Source: Geobacter sp.
Lineage (GTDB): Bacteria > Myxococcota_A > UBA9160 > JADFDR01
Assembly: GCA_018262735.1 (NCBI GenBank)
Contig: JADFDR010000003.1
Location: forward strand, 1 to 38,912
DNA: 38,912 nt
Direction: 5' to 3'
The translations under genes and the position numbers were made by a program. The notes beneath the pieces were generated by a model. The model did not search any database and had not been told where the DNA came from. It saw only the letters and a list, made by a program, of their open reading frames with translations. This document shows positions 10,001-17,873 of this stretch, one piece after another. The stretch's first letter is position 1. The number at the start of each line of letters is the position of its first letter.

Positions 10001-10309
10001 GCCTTCTTCTTAACTGCGACAATTCATAGTGTCATAGCGGCACAACGCGACGGAGCGACGGTCGTCGAGGTAAGTGGTTCGCTGCTTGGCAGCTCACTCG
10101 CGCGTGGCTGGCTCGAACTCGGTGCAGGCGAAACGCCGACCACATGGAAGAAAATCGGCGGAGAAATTCGCGGCAACATCGAGAACGGCGTACTCGGCGC
10201 CATCCCTGCCAGCGAGCTCTCGGGATCGAAAGTCTGGACGATTCGCGCGATCGGGGAGGACAAGAACGGGAAGCGCCGCGAAGCTTGGTTCCGACTCAAC
10301 TTGAGCTAA
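7019..10309 (+). CDS. Secreted S8 (subtilisin-like) serine peptidase with long N-terminal extension
   Basis: GGAGAG ribosome-binding site and signal peptide MRNYILPLLWLLAF...; catalytic motifs VIDSG, GHGTFVTG, AAGN and SGTSFAAP; IDDDGNGYVDD insert; Pro/Gly/Thr linker at ~8240-8505. Confidence 0.9.
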   Translation: MRNYILPLLWLLAFTFLPNGIFVGNVFADDDVTVDMKQSEIPKDNSDLEAIQNFAQQLQSQKCVCPKMDCDAAHRTLQKLADLQGYLEGMLASLRDANDDHMAHFKALAEQGKLTNEQLGRTILALGVQEFLHNMGSALLDIASITSFFNEIAEDPSKLASKKPLEIIENLDKFYEAVKDYESAVTNLSSSLTGQKIEGPVGNLTPDVLGIGKDALNDHKSTISDAISVLKDVHEKGGDVREAFKKPGGPASAIGQIAGRYLKAYSAKQMEERMQYLKDLEGDLAASDLSQAQAFREMQKVQTRRFMAEDTLEAVRAALSSFAACAAKAGCGPYTLVRPQLPNFNTEVPGANGKVKKNWGTALRYYNEALAALRSDLSLPAIEERVPCNPTPIGDKIKIGFDTPVWCNFGGGSTPVPPFGGDDGSTPPPTSGPGDGIGIPTGGGGTPTTPGGTPQIPGGPPTHPGGTGTTTRPPGTTSKPNDDDPRDGDPTTPPPVIVKATKTALATGAQAVAVQGALLKIETPAPALPLAGNTAPDTGFNESPQQGVTGPDGQAKLGSGTPNGVTPVVVGVDLTPQSSMMVTLGGNNPRAALHPDLHQYWKRSFLLNSQTVAVLFYPQEMGQTVARLIRESANVTHSEINYCREKEGTPNDPYLLSKGSWKQNYDDQWGIKRVGFTTDADSAWNSVGEKPASVVVAVIDSGLDWNHKDFAWENIWQNPGEIPDNGIDDDGNGYVDDAIGWDFFHGSNKPWDYDGHGTFVTGIIAATQNNVTGIAGINPHAKIMVLKALNSFGHTRASFIAEAVLYAANHGAQVINLSVGGKNRTRAEEQAISYALSKGIVVVVAAGNEGTDVADFGPASLEGVITVTATDPNDKRAMFANWGSGIDIAAPGVDILSLRGRRTDLMRDLPGTDYQPDSAFVGSDKRYFRASGTSFAAPIVAGTASLLISKNPNLRAEQVKRILLHSAKDIETPGIDQLTGYGLLDAKAALAADPAFFLTATIHSVIAAQRDGATVVEVSGSLLGSSLARGWLELGAGETPTTWKKIGGEIRGNIENGVLGAIPASELSGSKVWTIRAIGEDKNGKRREAWFRLNLS

Positions 10310-10408
10310 GAAGTCTCCGACTCATGAATGCGCATTGATTTGTCACCGACGGAAAACATCCGTATAACTTGCAAAAAAGTCCGTTCATGGAATGGCTCGG
10401 AAGCTTCT
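10309..10408 (+). mobile_element. MITE-like repeat, copy B (internally shortened)
   Basis: AGAAGTCTCCGACTCAT...CACCGACGGAAAACATC...ATGGCTCGGAAGCTTCT; abuts the peptidase TAA. Confidence 0.7.
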
Positions 10409-10462
10409 TGACGGCCCGATCTTCGATACGCGACATAAAAAAGTGTCGAACGATTTTGCATA

Positions 10463-10573
10463 GGAAGACTCTGATTCATTCCACTTTATGAATGTTGACT
10501 GATTTCCCACCGATGGAAAGCCTCAACCCTGGTTTGTGAGAGTGCTCAAAAAATGGAATTGATCAGAGGTTCC
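10463..10573 (+). mobile_element. MITE-like repeat, copy C
   Basis: GGAAGACTCTGATTCATTCCA...CACCGATGGAAAGC...TGGAATTGATCAGAGGTTCC; ~20-bp imperfect terminal inverted repeats. Confidence 0.8.
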
Positions 10574-10625
10574 ATCGAGCCAAAGTGGGTTCACAAAACG
10601 CAACTTCCGTCTTGGCAAGGAAGGA

Positions 10626-11963
10626 TTATTCCTGGCGTGAGTACGCTTCGGCAAGAATTTCGATGGGGTGCAAAGTGCGTATCGAAAGCCCACGTTGCGC
10701 AAAACCGGCACGAAACTGCAAGAGGCAGCCCGGATTCCCCGTTACGACGACATCGGGATTTGCCCTTTCGATCGACGCAAGTTTGCGTCGCCAAACGGCA
10801 TCGGCCATTTCGGGATGTGTAAGATTATAAATTCCCGCAGCACCACAACAGGCTGCAGCGTCTTCTTGCTCGACGAGTTGCAAACCGGGAATTTGCCGAA
10901 GGAGCGCACGTGGCGCATCGACAACGCGTTGGCCGTGAAACAAGTGACATGAATCGTCGTAGCAAACGCGAAGCCTCATTTCGCGGCTTGGTTTTTCGAT
11001 ACCCTGTGCGTACAAAAACTCCGAAATATCGCGTATCGAATGCGCAAGCCAACTCCAGGACTCTCGCTGCCTCGGCGATGCCGTCGAACCCTCTCCGTCG
11101 TCGCAAAGCCAATTTTCACAATCGCGCAGCGCCGCCCCGCACCCCGCCGAATCGACGATGACATACTCCACTTGGGCATCGCGAAACGCGCGCACGTTTT
11201 GCTCCAAAAGCTCGCGCGCAGTTTCAAGATCTCCCGAATGCGCGTGCAACGCTCCACAACACACTTGGGTGTCTGGCACAATCACTTCGAAACCGTTCTG
11301 CGCCAACACATGAAGACTCGCACGCTGCACCGAACCAAAAAATTCAGGCAAAACGCAGCCCACGAAATAACCCACCCGCGCTCGCCGCTTTCCGCGAGCA
11401 ACAAACGAAGTGGCAAGAGGAGCACGCAAACGGGGCGGTGCGATCGGCGGTAGAAAATCGATCCGTCGTTGCCAACGCGACGGAAGCAACAGACGCAACG
11501 CAGCAAGAACGCGAAAGCGTTGCAGTCCGTGCAAAACATTCACGACAAAACGCAAGCGACGACGATTCGGAACGATCTTCTGCAACACAAAAATTTCGAT
11601 TCTCTTTGCAATGCCCTGATGAAGGCCACGCCCTCTTGCTTCCGCGCGCATCGTCTCAAGCAGATCTTCAAAGCGCACTCCCGACGGACATGCCGTTTCG
11701 CAAGCACGACAGCCCAAACAAAGATCCATCGCCTCCAAAACAAGCTCGGAAAATTCAATGCGATTCTCCACGACGCCGCGCATCAAGTAAATGCGTCCGC
11801 GTGGCGATGCGATTTCATTTCCCGTTTCTCGATAAGTTGGACACGTTGGCAGGCAAAGGCCGCAGTGAACACAATCAAGTGTTAACTGCGAAATTTTTTT
11901 CATTCGCGCAGGATCGCTTCCATGACACGCAAAACCGTCGCAAGAGTTTCCGCCCGCTCGCAT
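10626..11963 (-). CDS. glcF: Glycolate oxidase iron-sulfur subunit
   Basis: Two 4Fe-4S motifs (CVHCGLCLPTCP, CLGCRACETACP) and two CCG domains; follows glcD/glcE. Start at 11963 (coupled to the glcE stop) or 11903. Confidence 0.85.
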   Translation of the reverse strand: MRAGGNSCDGFACHGSDPARMKKISQLTLDCVHCGLCLPTCPTYRETGNEIASPRGRIYLMRGVVENRIEFSELVLEAMDLCLGCRACETACPSGVRFEDLLETMRAEARGRGLHQGIAKRIEIFVLQKIVPNRRRLRFVVNVLHGLQRFRVLAALRLLLPSRWQRRIDFLPPIAPPRLRAPLATSFVARGKRRARVGYFVGCVLPEFFGSVQRASLHVLAQNGFEVIVPDTQVCCGALHAHSGDLETARELLEQNVRAFRDAQVEYVIVDSAGCGAALRDCENWLCDDGEGSTASPRQRESWSWLAHSIRDISEFLYAQGIEKPSREMRLRVCYDDSCHLFHGQRVVDAPRALLRQIPGLQLVEQEDAAACCGAAGIYNLTHPEMADAVWRRKLASIERANPDVVVTGNPGCLLQFRAGFAQRGLSIRTLHPIEILAEAYSRQE

Positions 11964-13279
11964 CACAGCTTCCCCATACCGCGTCCCGGATTGAGCAAAA
12001 GATGGGGATCCAATTTGCGCTTCAATTCGTGCATGAGATCAAGATTTGGGATTTTATCTCCGTAAACATCGATCTCGCGTTTGCAAACCACAGCGTTCGC
12101 TGCCGGAACTTCTTCCAAAAAAACCGCAGCCGAAGTTTGTTGCGCAAGATCGCAACATTTTTGCCATAGCATGCGCATCGTCTGTGCAGCACTCGCTGCA
12201 TGCATCGGAATCGGGATCCAGGCCCAGAGCAGGGTCGCACCCACGCCGGGACAAATCAAAACTTCCGCATCAAGTGCATGCAACGCCTTTCGCAAAGAAC
12301 ACAATTTTGAGTTGGAAGCTGCGAAACGAACTCGTACCCGATCCGCTGCGCAGCCCGTCGAGCGAGCGCTACGCATTCTTCCCGCCGCCGTCGCATCCAT
12401 TTCCTGGATCGAAGCCATTCCTCGCAGCCAACTTGTATCCGCCTCGATATTTTCAACGTCTCCCGCAAACCCAACACCGAGTACGGCATCGGCAGTTGCG
12501 AGTTCGGGAGAAAATCGCGCGACCAGTGCGCGATCCATTCCCATGACCGAAGCCACCGTCGGTCGACGTGCCAGCGCCAGAGCGAGCGACTCCAGCCCGT
12601 CTTCCGCCGCAACGAGAAAAGAAATCGCGGCTTCGGCTTTCGGTCGCAATCGCAACCAGCTACGTGTCATCACGCCAAGAGAACCGCAAGATCCAACGTA
12701 GAGTTTGTTGAGATCGTAACCCGTGACATTTTTTACAACGCGCCCACCGCAACGCACTGCGCCACCATCGGCCAAAACCAAATCGAGACCGAGAACGCAA
12801 TGCTTCGGAAATCCCGATCGTAACCAGCTTGCTCCACTCCATGCTAACGCCAGAGTTCCTCCGACACTACTTTGCGTCGATGCAGCTTCAAGCGGAAGCT
12901 CCCATCCTTCGCGCTGCACAATTTCTTGCAGTTCCGCCACGCGCATTCCCGCACCAGCTTGCACAACACCCTCTTCGGGTTCAAAAACGTGCAACTGCGC
13001 AAGGCGTGTCGTCGAAAGCAGCACCGCATCGCCCCGCAACAAATTTCCTTGCGTAAGACGCGTTGCATTCCCTGCAACGAGCGACGGAATTCGATTTGCG
13101 TGAAGCACAGACATCGCCTCGCAAAGCGCACTCTCGTCTTCGGGATACAAAACCCATTTCGGCGCCATACCCTCGACAAAAGGTGAAGCAGACATCATCT
13201 CGATCGACGGTGACAAACTCGCAAGACAGTTCTCGAGCCGACTCAAAAAGGAAATCTCGAATTGCGCTTCGTGTTGCAT
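11963..13279 (-). CDS. glcE: Glycolate oxidase FAD-binding subunit
   Basis: Motif GGRVVKNVTGYDLNKLYVGSCGSLG; C-terminal LKRKLDPHLLLNPGR; GGGGAAG ribosome-binding site before ATG 13279. Confidence 0.8.
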   Translation of the reverse strand: MQHEAQFEISFLSRLENCLASLSPSIEMMSASPFVEGMAPKWVLYPEDESALCEAMSVLHANRIPSLVAGNATRLTQGNLLRGDAVLLSTTRLAQLHVFEPEEGVVQAGAGMRVAELQEIVQREGWELPLEAASTQSSVGGTLALAWSGASWLRSGFPKHCVLGLDLVLADGGAVRCGGRVVKNVTGYDLNKLYVGSCGSLGVMTRSWLRLRPKAEAAISFLVAAEDGLESLALALARRPTVASVMGMDRALVARFSPELATADAVLGVGFAGDVENIEADTSWLRGMASIQEMDATAAGRMRSARSTGCAADRVRVRFAASNSKLCSLRKALHALDAEVLICPGVGATLLWAWIPIPMHAASAAQTMRMLWQKCCDLAQQTSAAVFLEEVPAANAVVCKREIDVYGDKIPNLDLMHELKRKLDPHLLLNPGRGMGKL

Positions 13280-13378
13280 TGCTTCCCCGCTTTGTACTAC
13301 GTACTTTCGCGAACACTCTCCGCCAAGGAACGGTGCGCATCCTCTTGTCGCGCGCATCTTCCTGCCTAACGCATCTGC

Positions 13379-14809
13379 CTATCGCAAATGCGGATTCGAC
13401 TCGACACAAGATCGTGTTGACGGCAGAACCTTCGATGGATTGCAAAGCTTTGCAGGATCGAACACTGCACGCACAGCTTCCATCGTCGCAAGATCTCGAT
13501 CCGAAAAAAGAAGCCGCAAAAACTCGCGCTTCTCATGCCCAATGCCATGCTCGCCACTGATACTTCCCCCGACCGCTACGCAGTAACGTAAAATTTCCTC
13601 TCCTGCGGCGAGCACACGCTGCAATTCGTCGGCATTACGCCGATCGAAAGAAATGTTCGGATGCAAATTCCCGTCACCTGCATGAAATACATTGGAAAGT
13701 GTCAGACGATAGCGGTCGCCAATCTCGCAAACTTTCTTCAATACCTCTGGCAATTTCGTACGCGGCACCACGGCATCGTGCACATAAACATCCGGCGCAA
13801 TGCGGCCCATGGCGCCAAACGCGCTTTTTCGGGCGCGCCAAAATCCCAGTCGCTCTTGAGCATCACGCGCCACGGAAACATTTCGGGCACCGCTTGCCTG
13901 CATCAACACTTGAATGCGTTGAACATGACGTGCCAGACTCGGCGCCGGGCCATCGAGTTCGACCAAGAGCACGGCGCCGGCGTCCGTCGGAAGTCCGCCC
14001 GAATAAACGCTTGCTTCAATTGCGCAAATCGTGCGTTGATCCATGATTTCCAGGGCAGAGGGCACAATGCCGGATCGAAGGATCCGCGTCACGGCATCGC
14101 ACGCCGTGACCAACTCCTCAAAGACCACAAGCAAAGTTTCGACTTGTTCCGGCCGCTCGGTGAAACGCACGACCGCCTGCGTGATGACGCCAAGCGTTCC
14201 CTCGCTCCCCGTCAGCAAACCCGCAAGATCAAATCCACTCGCAAACCCCGACGGAGAACCGAACCGACGCAGTGTGCCATCGGGCAAAACTACTTCGAGT
14301 GCGAGTACGTGCTCGGTCGTCGCGCCATACTTAAAAGTGTGTGGACCTCCCGAATTTTCAGCGATGTTGCCTCCGATGCTGCATGCGAGCTGACTCGACG
14401 GATCAGGCGCAAAGAACAATCCATGCGAAGCGACGGCCTTCGACAAATCAGCATTGATGACGCCGGGTTCGATCACGGCGTATCGATCCTCCACATTTAC
14501 ATCCAGGATTCGATTCATCCTCGAGCACTCGAGGATCACTGCACCGTCGGCGGGAAGCGCACCGCCAGAAAGTCCTGTGCCAGCTCCTCGCGGAACGAAG
14601 GGAACGCCCCAGGCGCCACATAGTTTCACGATGGAAACCACTTGTTCGCAATTTTCGGGAAGCACCACAGCACTCGGCATGCCTGCGTGAACAGCAAGCG
14701 CATCGCACTCATAGGGCAAAAGCTGTTCGGGCTCGAGCAACAGACAATCTCTCGCCACGATTTGACGCAAAGCCTCGACAAACGCAAATTTGTGTCGACT
14801 CACGTGCAT
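13379..14809 (-). CDS. glcD: Glycolate oxidase FAD-linked subunit
   Basis: Motifs PRGAGTGLSGGA, PDPSSQLACSIGGN, HAGDGNLHP and SGEHGIG. Confidence 0.9.
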   Translation of the reverse strand: MHVSRHKFAFVEALRQIVARDCLLLEPEQLLPYECDALAVHAGMPSAVVLPENCEQVVSIVKLCGAWGVPFVPRGAGTGLSGGALPADGAVILECSRMNRILDVNVEDRYAVIEPGVINADLSKAVASHGLFFAPDPSSQLACSIGGNIAENSGGPHTFKYGATTEHVLALEVVLPDGTLRRFGSPSGFASGFDLAGLLTGSEGTLGVITQAVVRFTERPEQVETLLVVFEELVTACDAVTRILRSGIVPSALEIMDQRTICAIEASVYSGGLPTDAGAVLLVELDGPAPSLARHVQRIQVLMQASGARNVSVARDAQERLGFWRARKSAFGAMGRIAPDVYVHDAVVPRTKLPEVLKKVCEIGDRYRLTLSNVFHAGDGNLHPNISFDRRNADELQRVLAAGEEILRYCVAVGGSISGEHGIGHEKREFLRLLFSDRDLATMEAVRAVFDPAKLCNPSKVLPSTRSCVESNPHLR

Positions 14810-14834
14810 CGGTTCACCCAAATCCAAAACTGAA

Positions 14835-14943
14835 GGAGCTTCTGATCAATTCCATTTTTCGAGTTTTTCACAAACCATGACTGATGTTTCCCGTCGGTGA
14901 AAAACCAACTCGCATGGACAAAGCGAGATGGATCAGAAGCTCC
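14835..14943 (-). mobile_element. MITE-like repeat, copy D
   Basis: Perfect 14-bp inverted repeat AGGAGCTTCTGATC (14834-14847) / GATCAGAAGCTCCT (14931-14944) around the core TGTTTCCCGTCGGTG. Confidence 0.85.
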
Positions 14944-15128
14944 TCAAATCAAAACGCAAAATCGGTTCTACTCAAAAGCCAAGAGGCCAAACGCATTGAA
15001 AGGGATTCTCTCTCAAAACGATCGGCCAATTTGTAGGAAAAACCTCGAAGAAGTGTCACGATACGCGCGCAAAGCGTGCTTCTCTCCTGCGCCGCACGCG
15101 ACTTCACGCTCGGAGGGAACCTTGCGAA

Positions 15129-16193
15129 TCAAACGAGTCCGAGACGTTCCAGATCCTCGGCGTCGAGACCAAGAAAATGCCCGACTTCGTGTTTGATCGT
15201 GAGCTGAATCTGCGCTGCAAGCTCCGTCTCGTTTCGACAGACTTTTTCGAGATTCTTCTTGAACAGCGTCAGACGTCCACTGCCACGCGAGATCTTTCGT
15301 CCAAAAAGAAATCCGGGCTTCGAACGCGGCTCTTCAGCTTCGGGAGGCGGCCCTTCGTAAATCCCAAGCAACTGCGGCGACACTTTTTCGCGATCGATCA
15401 ATTCTTGCGCTGGGAAATCCTGCACGTCGACTTCGACCTCTCCCAAAAATTCGCGAATCGAACGTGGCAAGTTGCCAAGCGAGCTACTCACGATTTCGCG
15501 AAAACGCGGCAAGTCGAGCGTCAGAGGACGAGGATAATGATCCGGGTCGAGTGCATCTGCGCGAACAAACGCATCTTCTGCGGCTTGCTCAAGATTCATC
15601 CGTTCAAGCACCAACCCAAGGTGATACAAGGCATGACCTGAATCGGGTTCAAGTGCAATCGCTCGTTCCAGACACTGCTTCGCGGCTTCGAGCTGACTCG
15701 TTTCGAAAAGAATCTGACCCTCGAACGCACGATAAATTCCGACGTCGCCCGCCGCACGCAATGCGCGACGCACCAAAAAAAGCGCACCGGGCAAGTTATC
15801 AAGATAGAAGAAGGCTTTCGACTTGAGGTAGTAAACTTCGGCTTCGAGCATCCGATCGAGCTGCGGCAAATCGGGCGAGCCCTCGAGCAGTGCATCGCAG
15901 CGAAGCAGCGCTTGCTCATGCTCTCCAAACTCTTCGACCAAAAGCTCTGCACGATTCAAATGTGCAGTGATGAACTTCGGATCGGCAGAGGCCGCCAAAT
16001 CAAATTCGTGTAGAGCTTCCTCCACATGACCCGCGTCCCAAAGGATTTCGCCACGCCCGTTATGCGCCTCTGCACCGTCGGGCTGCGCTTTCAACGCTTC
16101 ATTGAGCCAAGCCAGTGCTTCGTCGGTACGACCGCCGTGCGATGCCTCCATCGCCTGGTCAAGGCAATCCCAGTATCGATCCTTGTCTTTCAT
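15129..16193 (-). CDS. TPR-repeat protein fused to a zincin-like metallopeptidase domain
   Basis: Multiple TPR motifs (e.g. AEAHNGRGEILWDAG, ALYHLGLVLERM); C-terminal LLGIYEG...TIKHEVGHFLGL with HExxH. Confidence 0.85.
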   Translation of the reverse strand: MKDKDRYWDCLDQAMEASHGGRTDEALAWLNEALKAQPDGAEAHNGRGEILWDAGHVEEALHEFDLAASADPKFITAHLNRAELLVEEFGEHEQALLRCDALLEGSPDLPQLDRMLEAEVYYLKSKAFFYLDNLPGALFLVRRALRAAGDVGIYRAFEGQILFETSQLEAAKQCLERAIALEPDSGHALYHLGLVLERMNLEQAAEDAFVRADALDPDHYPRPLTLDLPRFREIVSSSLGNLPRSIREFLGEVEVDVQDFPAQELIDREKVSPQLLGIYEGPPPEAEEPRSKPGFLFGRKISRGSGRLTLFKKNLEKVCRNETELAAQIQLTIKHEVGHFLGLDAEDLERLGLV

Positions 16194-16351
16194 TTGCTTG
16201 CGTTGATCCTTGTGCCGAAAATAAAAACGCCGGGCCGGCGTCGCGTGGGCTCAGCATAGCAGAAGCCTGCGTCCGCCAAGGGCTAAGCGACTTCGAGGGA
16301 AGATCAACGTAAAGCATTGAATTCATTGAACTCTTGCGAGAACAACCACGC

Positions 16352-16993
16352 CTACTTTTCTTGTCGTGAAAGCGAAAAAGGTGCGGAAAGAAGTTCGGGA
16401 CGGACGGAGCGGACGCGATCGTCGAGAATGGCCTCCGCAATTTCGGCGACCCACGCCACGCGATCCATGGAAAGCCGCTCCCCCGTCACGAGTTGCACAT
16501 AACCATGCACGGCGGCCCAACTGAGCGCTGTCTCACGATCCGGATCGCTTGGCCGAAACACGCCCGACTCAATCCCCCGTACATAAAGCGAGCGCACAAG
16601 CATCCAAACCCGAAACGCACTTTGCAATGCTTCAACACTGTATCGTGTCGAGAGTGTCGACAATGTATTTTCCTGAAACATCAGGCGATACAACTCGGGA
16701 TGATCCAAACCAAAACGGATATAGCGCCGACCGGCCTCTTTCAACGCAACATCAAGATCTGCGATTCCGACGATACTTTCCATTTCCTTCGAAAGACGAT
16801 CAAAGCCATGCAAAGCAATTTCTTTGATCAACTCTTCCTTGTTCTCGAAGTGCAGATAAATTGTCGCCGAGGAATAACCAAGATTCTCGGCAAGCGAACG
16901 CATCGTCACGCGTCCCGGCCCCTCTCGGTATACGATTCCAATCGCCTCTTCCAAAATTTTATTGCGTAACTCGGAATTCCCTGTACGGCGCAT
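16352..16993 (-). CDS. TetR/AcrR family transcriptional regulator
   Basis: HTH motif VTMRSLAENLGYSSATIYLHFENKEEL; C-terminal WAAVHG; strong GGAGG ribosome-binding site. Confidence 0.92.
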   Translation of the reverse strand: MRRTGNSELRNKILEEAIGIVYREGPGRVTMRSLAENLGYSSATIYLHFENKEELIKEIALHGFDRLSKEMESIVGIADLDVALKEAGRRYIRFGLDHPELYRLMFQENTLSTLSTRYSVEALQSAFRVWMLVRSLYVRGIESGVFRPSDPDRETALSWAAVHGYVQLVTGERLSMDRVAWVAEIAEAILDDRVRSVRPELLSAPFSLSRQEK

Positions 16994-17547
16994 GCCCCTC
17001 CCGCCTCCTGTCTTCGATCGACTCCGAAAAGTCCGTGCGACTTTTCATTCCTTGCCGCGCAGCTCAAAGGCGACCGTTTTGCGGTAGCGACCTTGGGTTT
17101 GATTTGCCCTTCGAACCCAATGCAAAACGTCCTTGCAAGAGCTGTCCGCCGGTACGGCTTCAAGCCCTTTTCCTTTTCACTCATCTTGTTGAGATTGCGC
17201 GGCTCCCCAGACTCAAAACTCGGGTTTCGAAAGTATCATTGCAGCACTTTCGGTCAACGGCGGGTCTGCATTTTTATGACGAGAACGTCTTTATTTTCAA
17301 TCGCTTACAGATGTGGTGTTCAACCTACAACTTGAAAAAAACCAAAGGAAAACAATCGTCTTCGGGGCAAGATGGGAGCGAAATTTCCGATGAGACCTAC
17401 ACGCCTTCTGCAAAATTCCACTGCAAAAAATGTGTACAAGCCAGGAAAGAAATGCCGGCAACGACAGGAAGAGAGATGCGCCGGAAAAGAACAAGAAGCG
17501 CGAAACGCTCCCTCATCAAAAATTCATGAAACACAAAAGATGCAAGT

Positions 17548-17624
17548 TGGTGGGCCCTCCAGGGATTGAACCTGGGACTGTCCGGTTATGAGCCGGATGC
17601 TCTGACCGACTGAGCTAAGGGCCC
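17548..17624 (-). tRNA. ileX: tRNA-Ile2 (CAT anticodon, lysidine-modified type), CCA encoded
   Basis: GGGCCCTTAGCTCAGTCGGTCAGAGCATCCGGCTCATAACCGGACAGTCCCAGGTTCAATCCCTGGAGGGCCCACCA folds as a cloverleaf. The acceptor stem and its position downstream of rpoD favour Ile2 over Met. Confidence 0.88.
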
Positions 17625-17873
17625 AACCGCCGCTAGCTTACCACGTCACACGCATGAAGCAGGAGTGCGCAAAATTTTTTGGAGACCGTACGCTCGAACG
17701 CTGCAAAAAAGAGTTACTTGCAATGCGATGAAACGCGCATGGCGCGATCACGATCGAAGCCATTTCCGCTTTGCAGTTTGTGAAATTTCGAACACCGCAC
17801 TTTGCCTTTCTGCGTCTTCGCGAGTCAAAACGCGCAATTGCCCCGAGTTACGAAACTTGTCAATATGCTCGAC

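Noticed and set aside
16218-16241. Intrinsic terminator after tetR
   Set aside because: Only a 6-bp stem with a 3-nt loop, about 25 nt from the next start codon; too weak to call
17040-17150. c-di-GMP-I riboswitch (GGCAAA...CGCAAA on the minus strand)
   Set aside because: It lacks the GAAA-capped stem and the spacing and downstream conserved elements of that aptamer
17548-17624. tRNA as the integration site of a genomic island
   Set aside because: No integrase and no duplicated tRNA 3' end were noticed in the window
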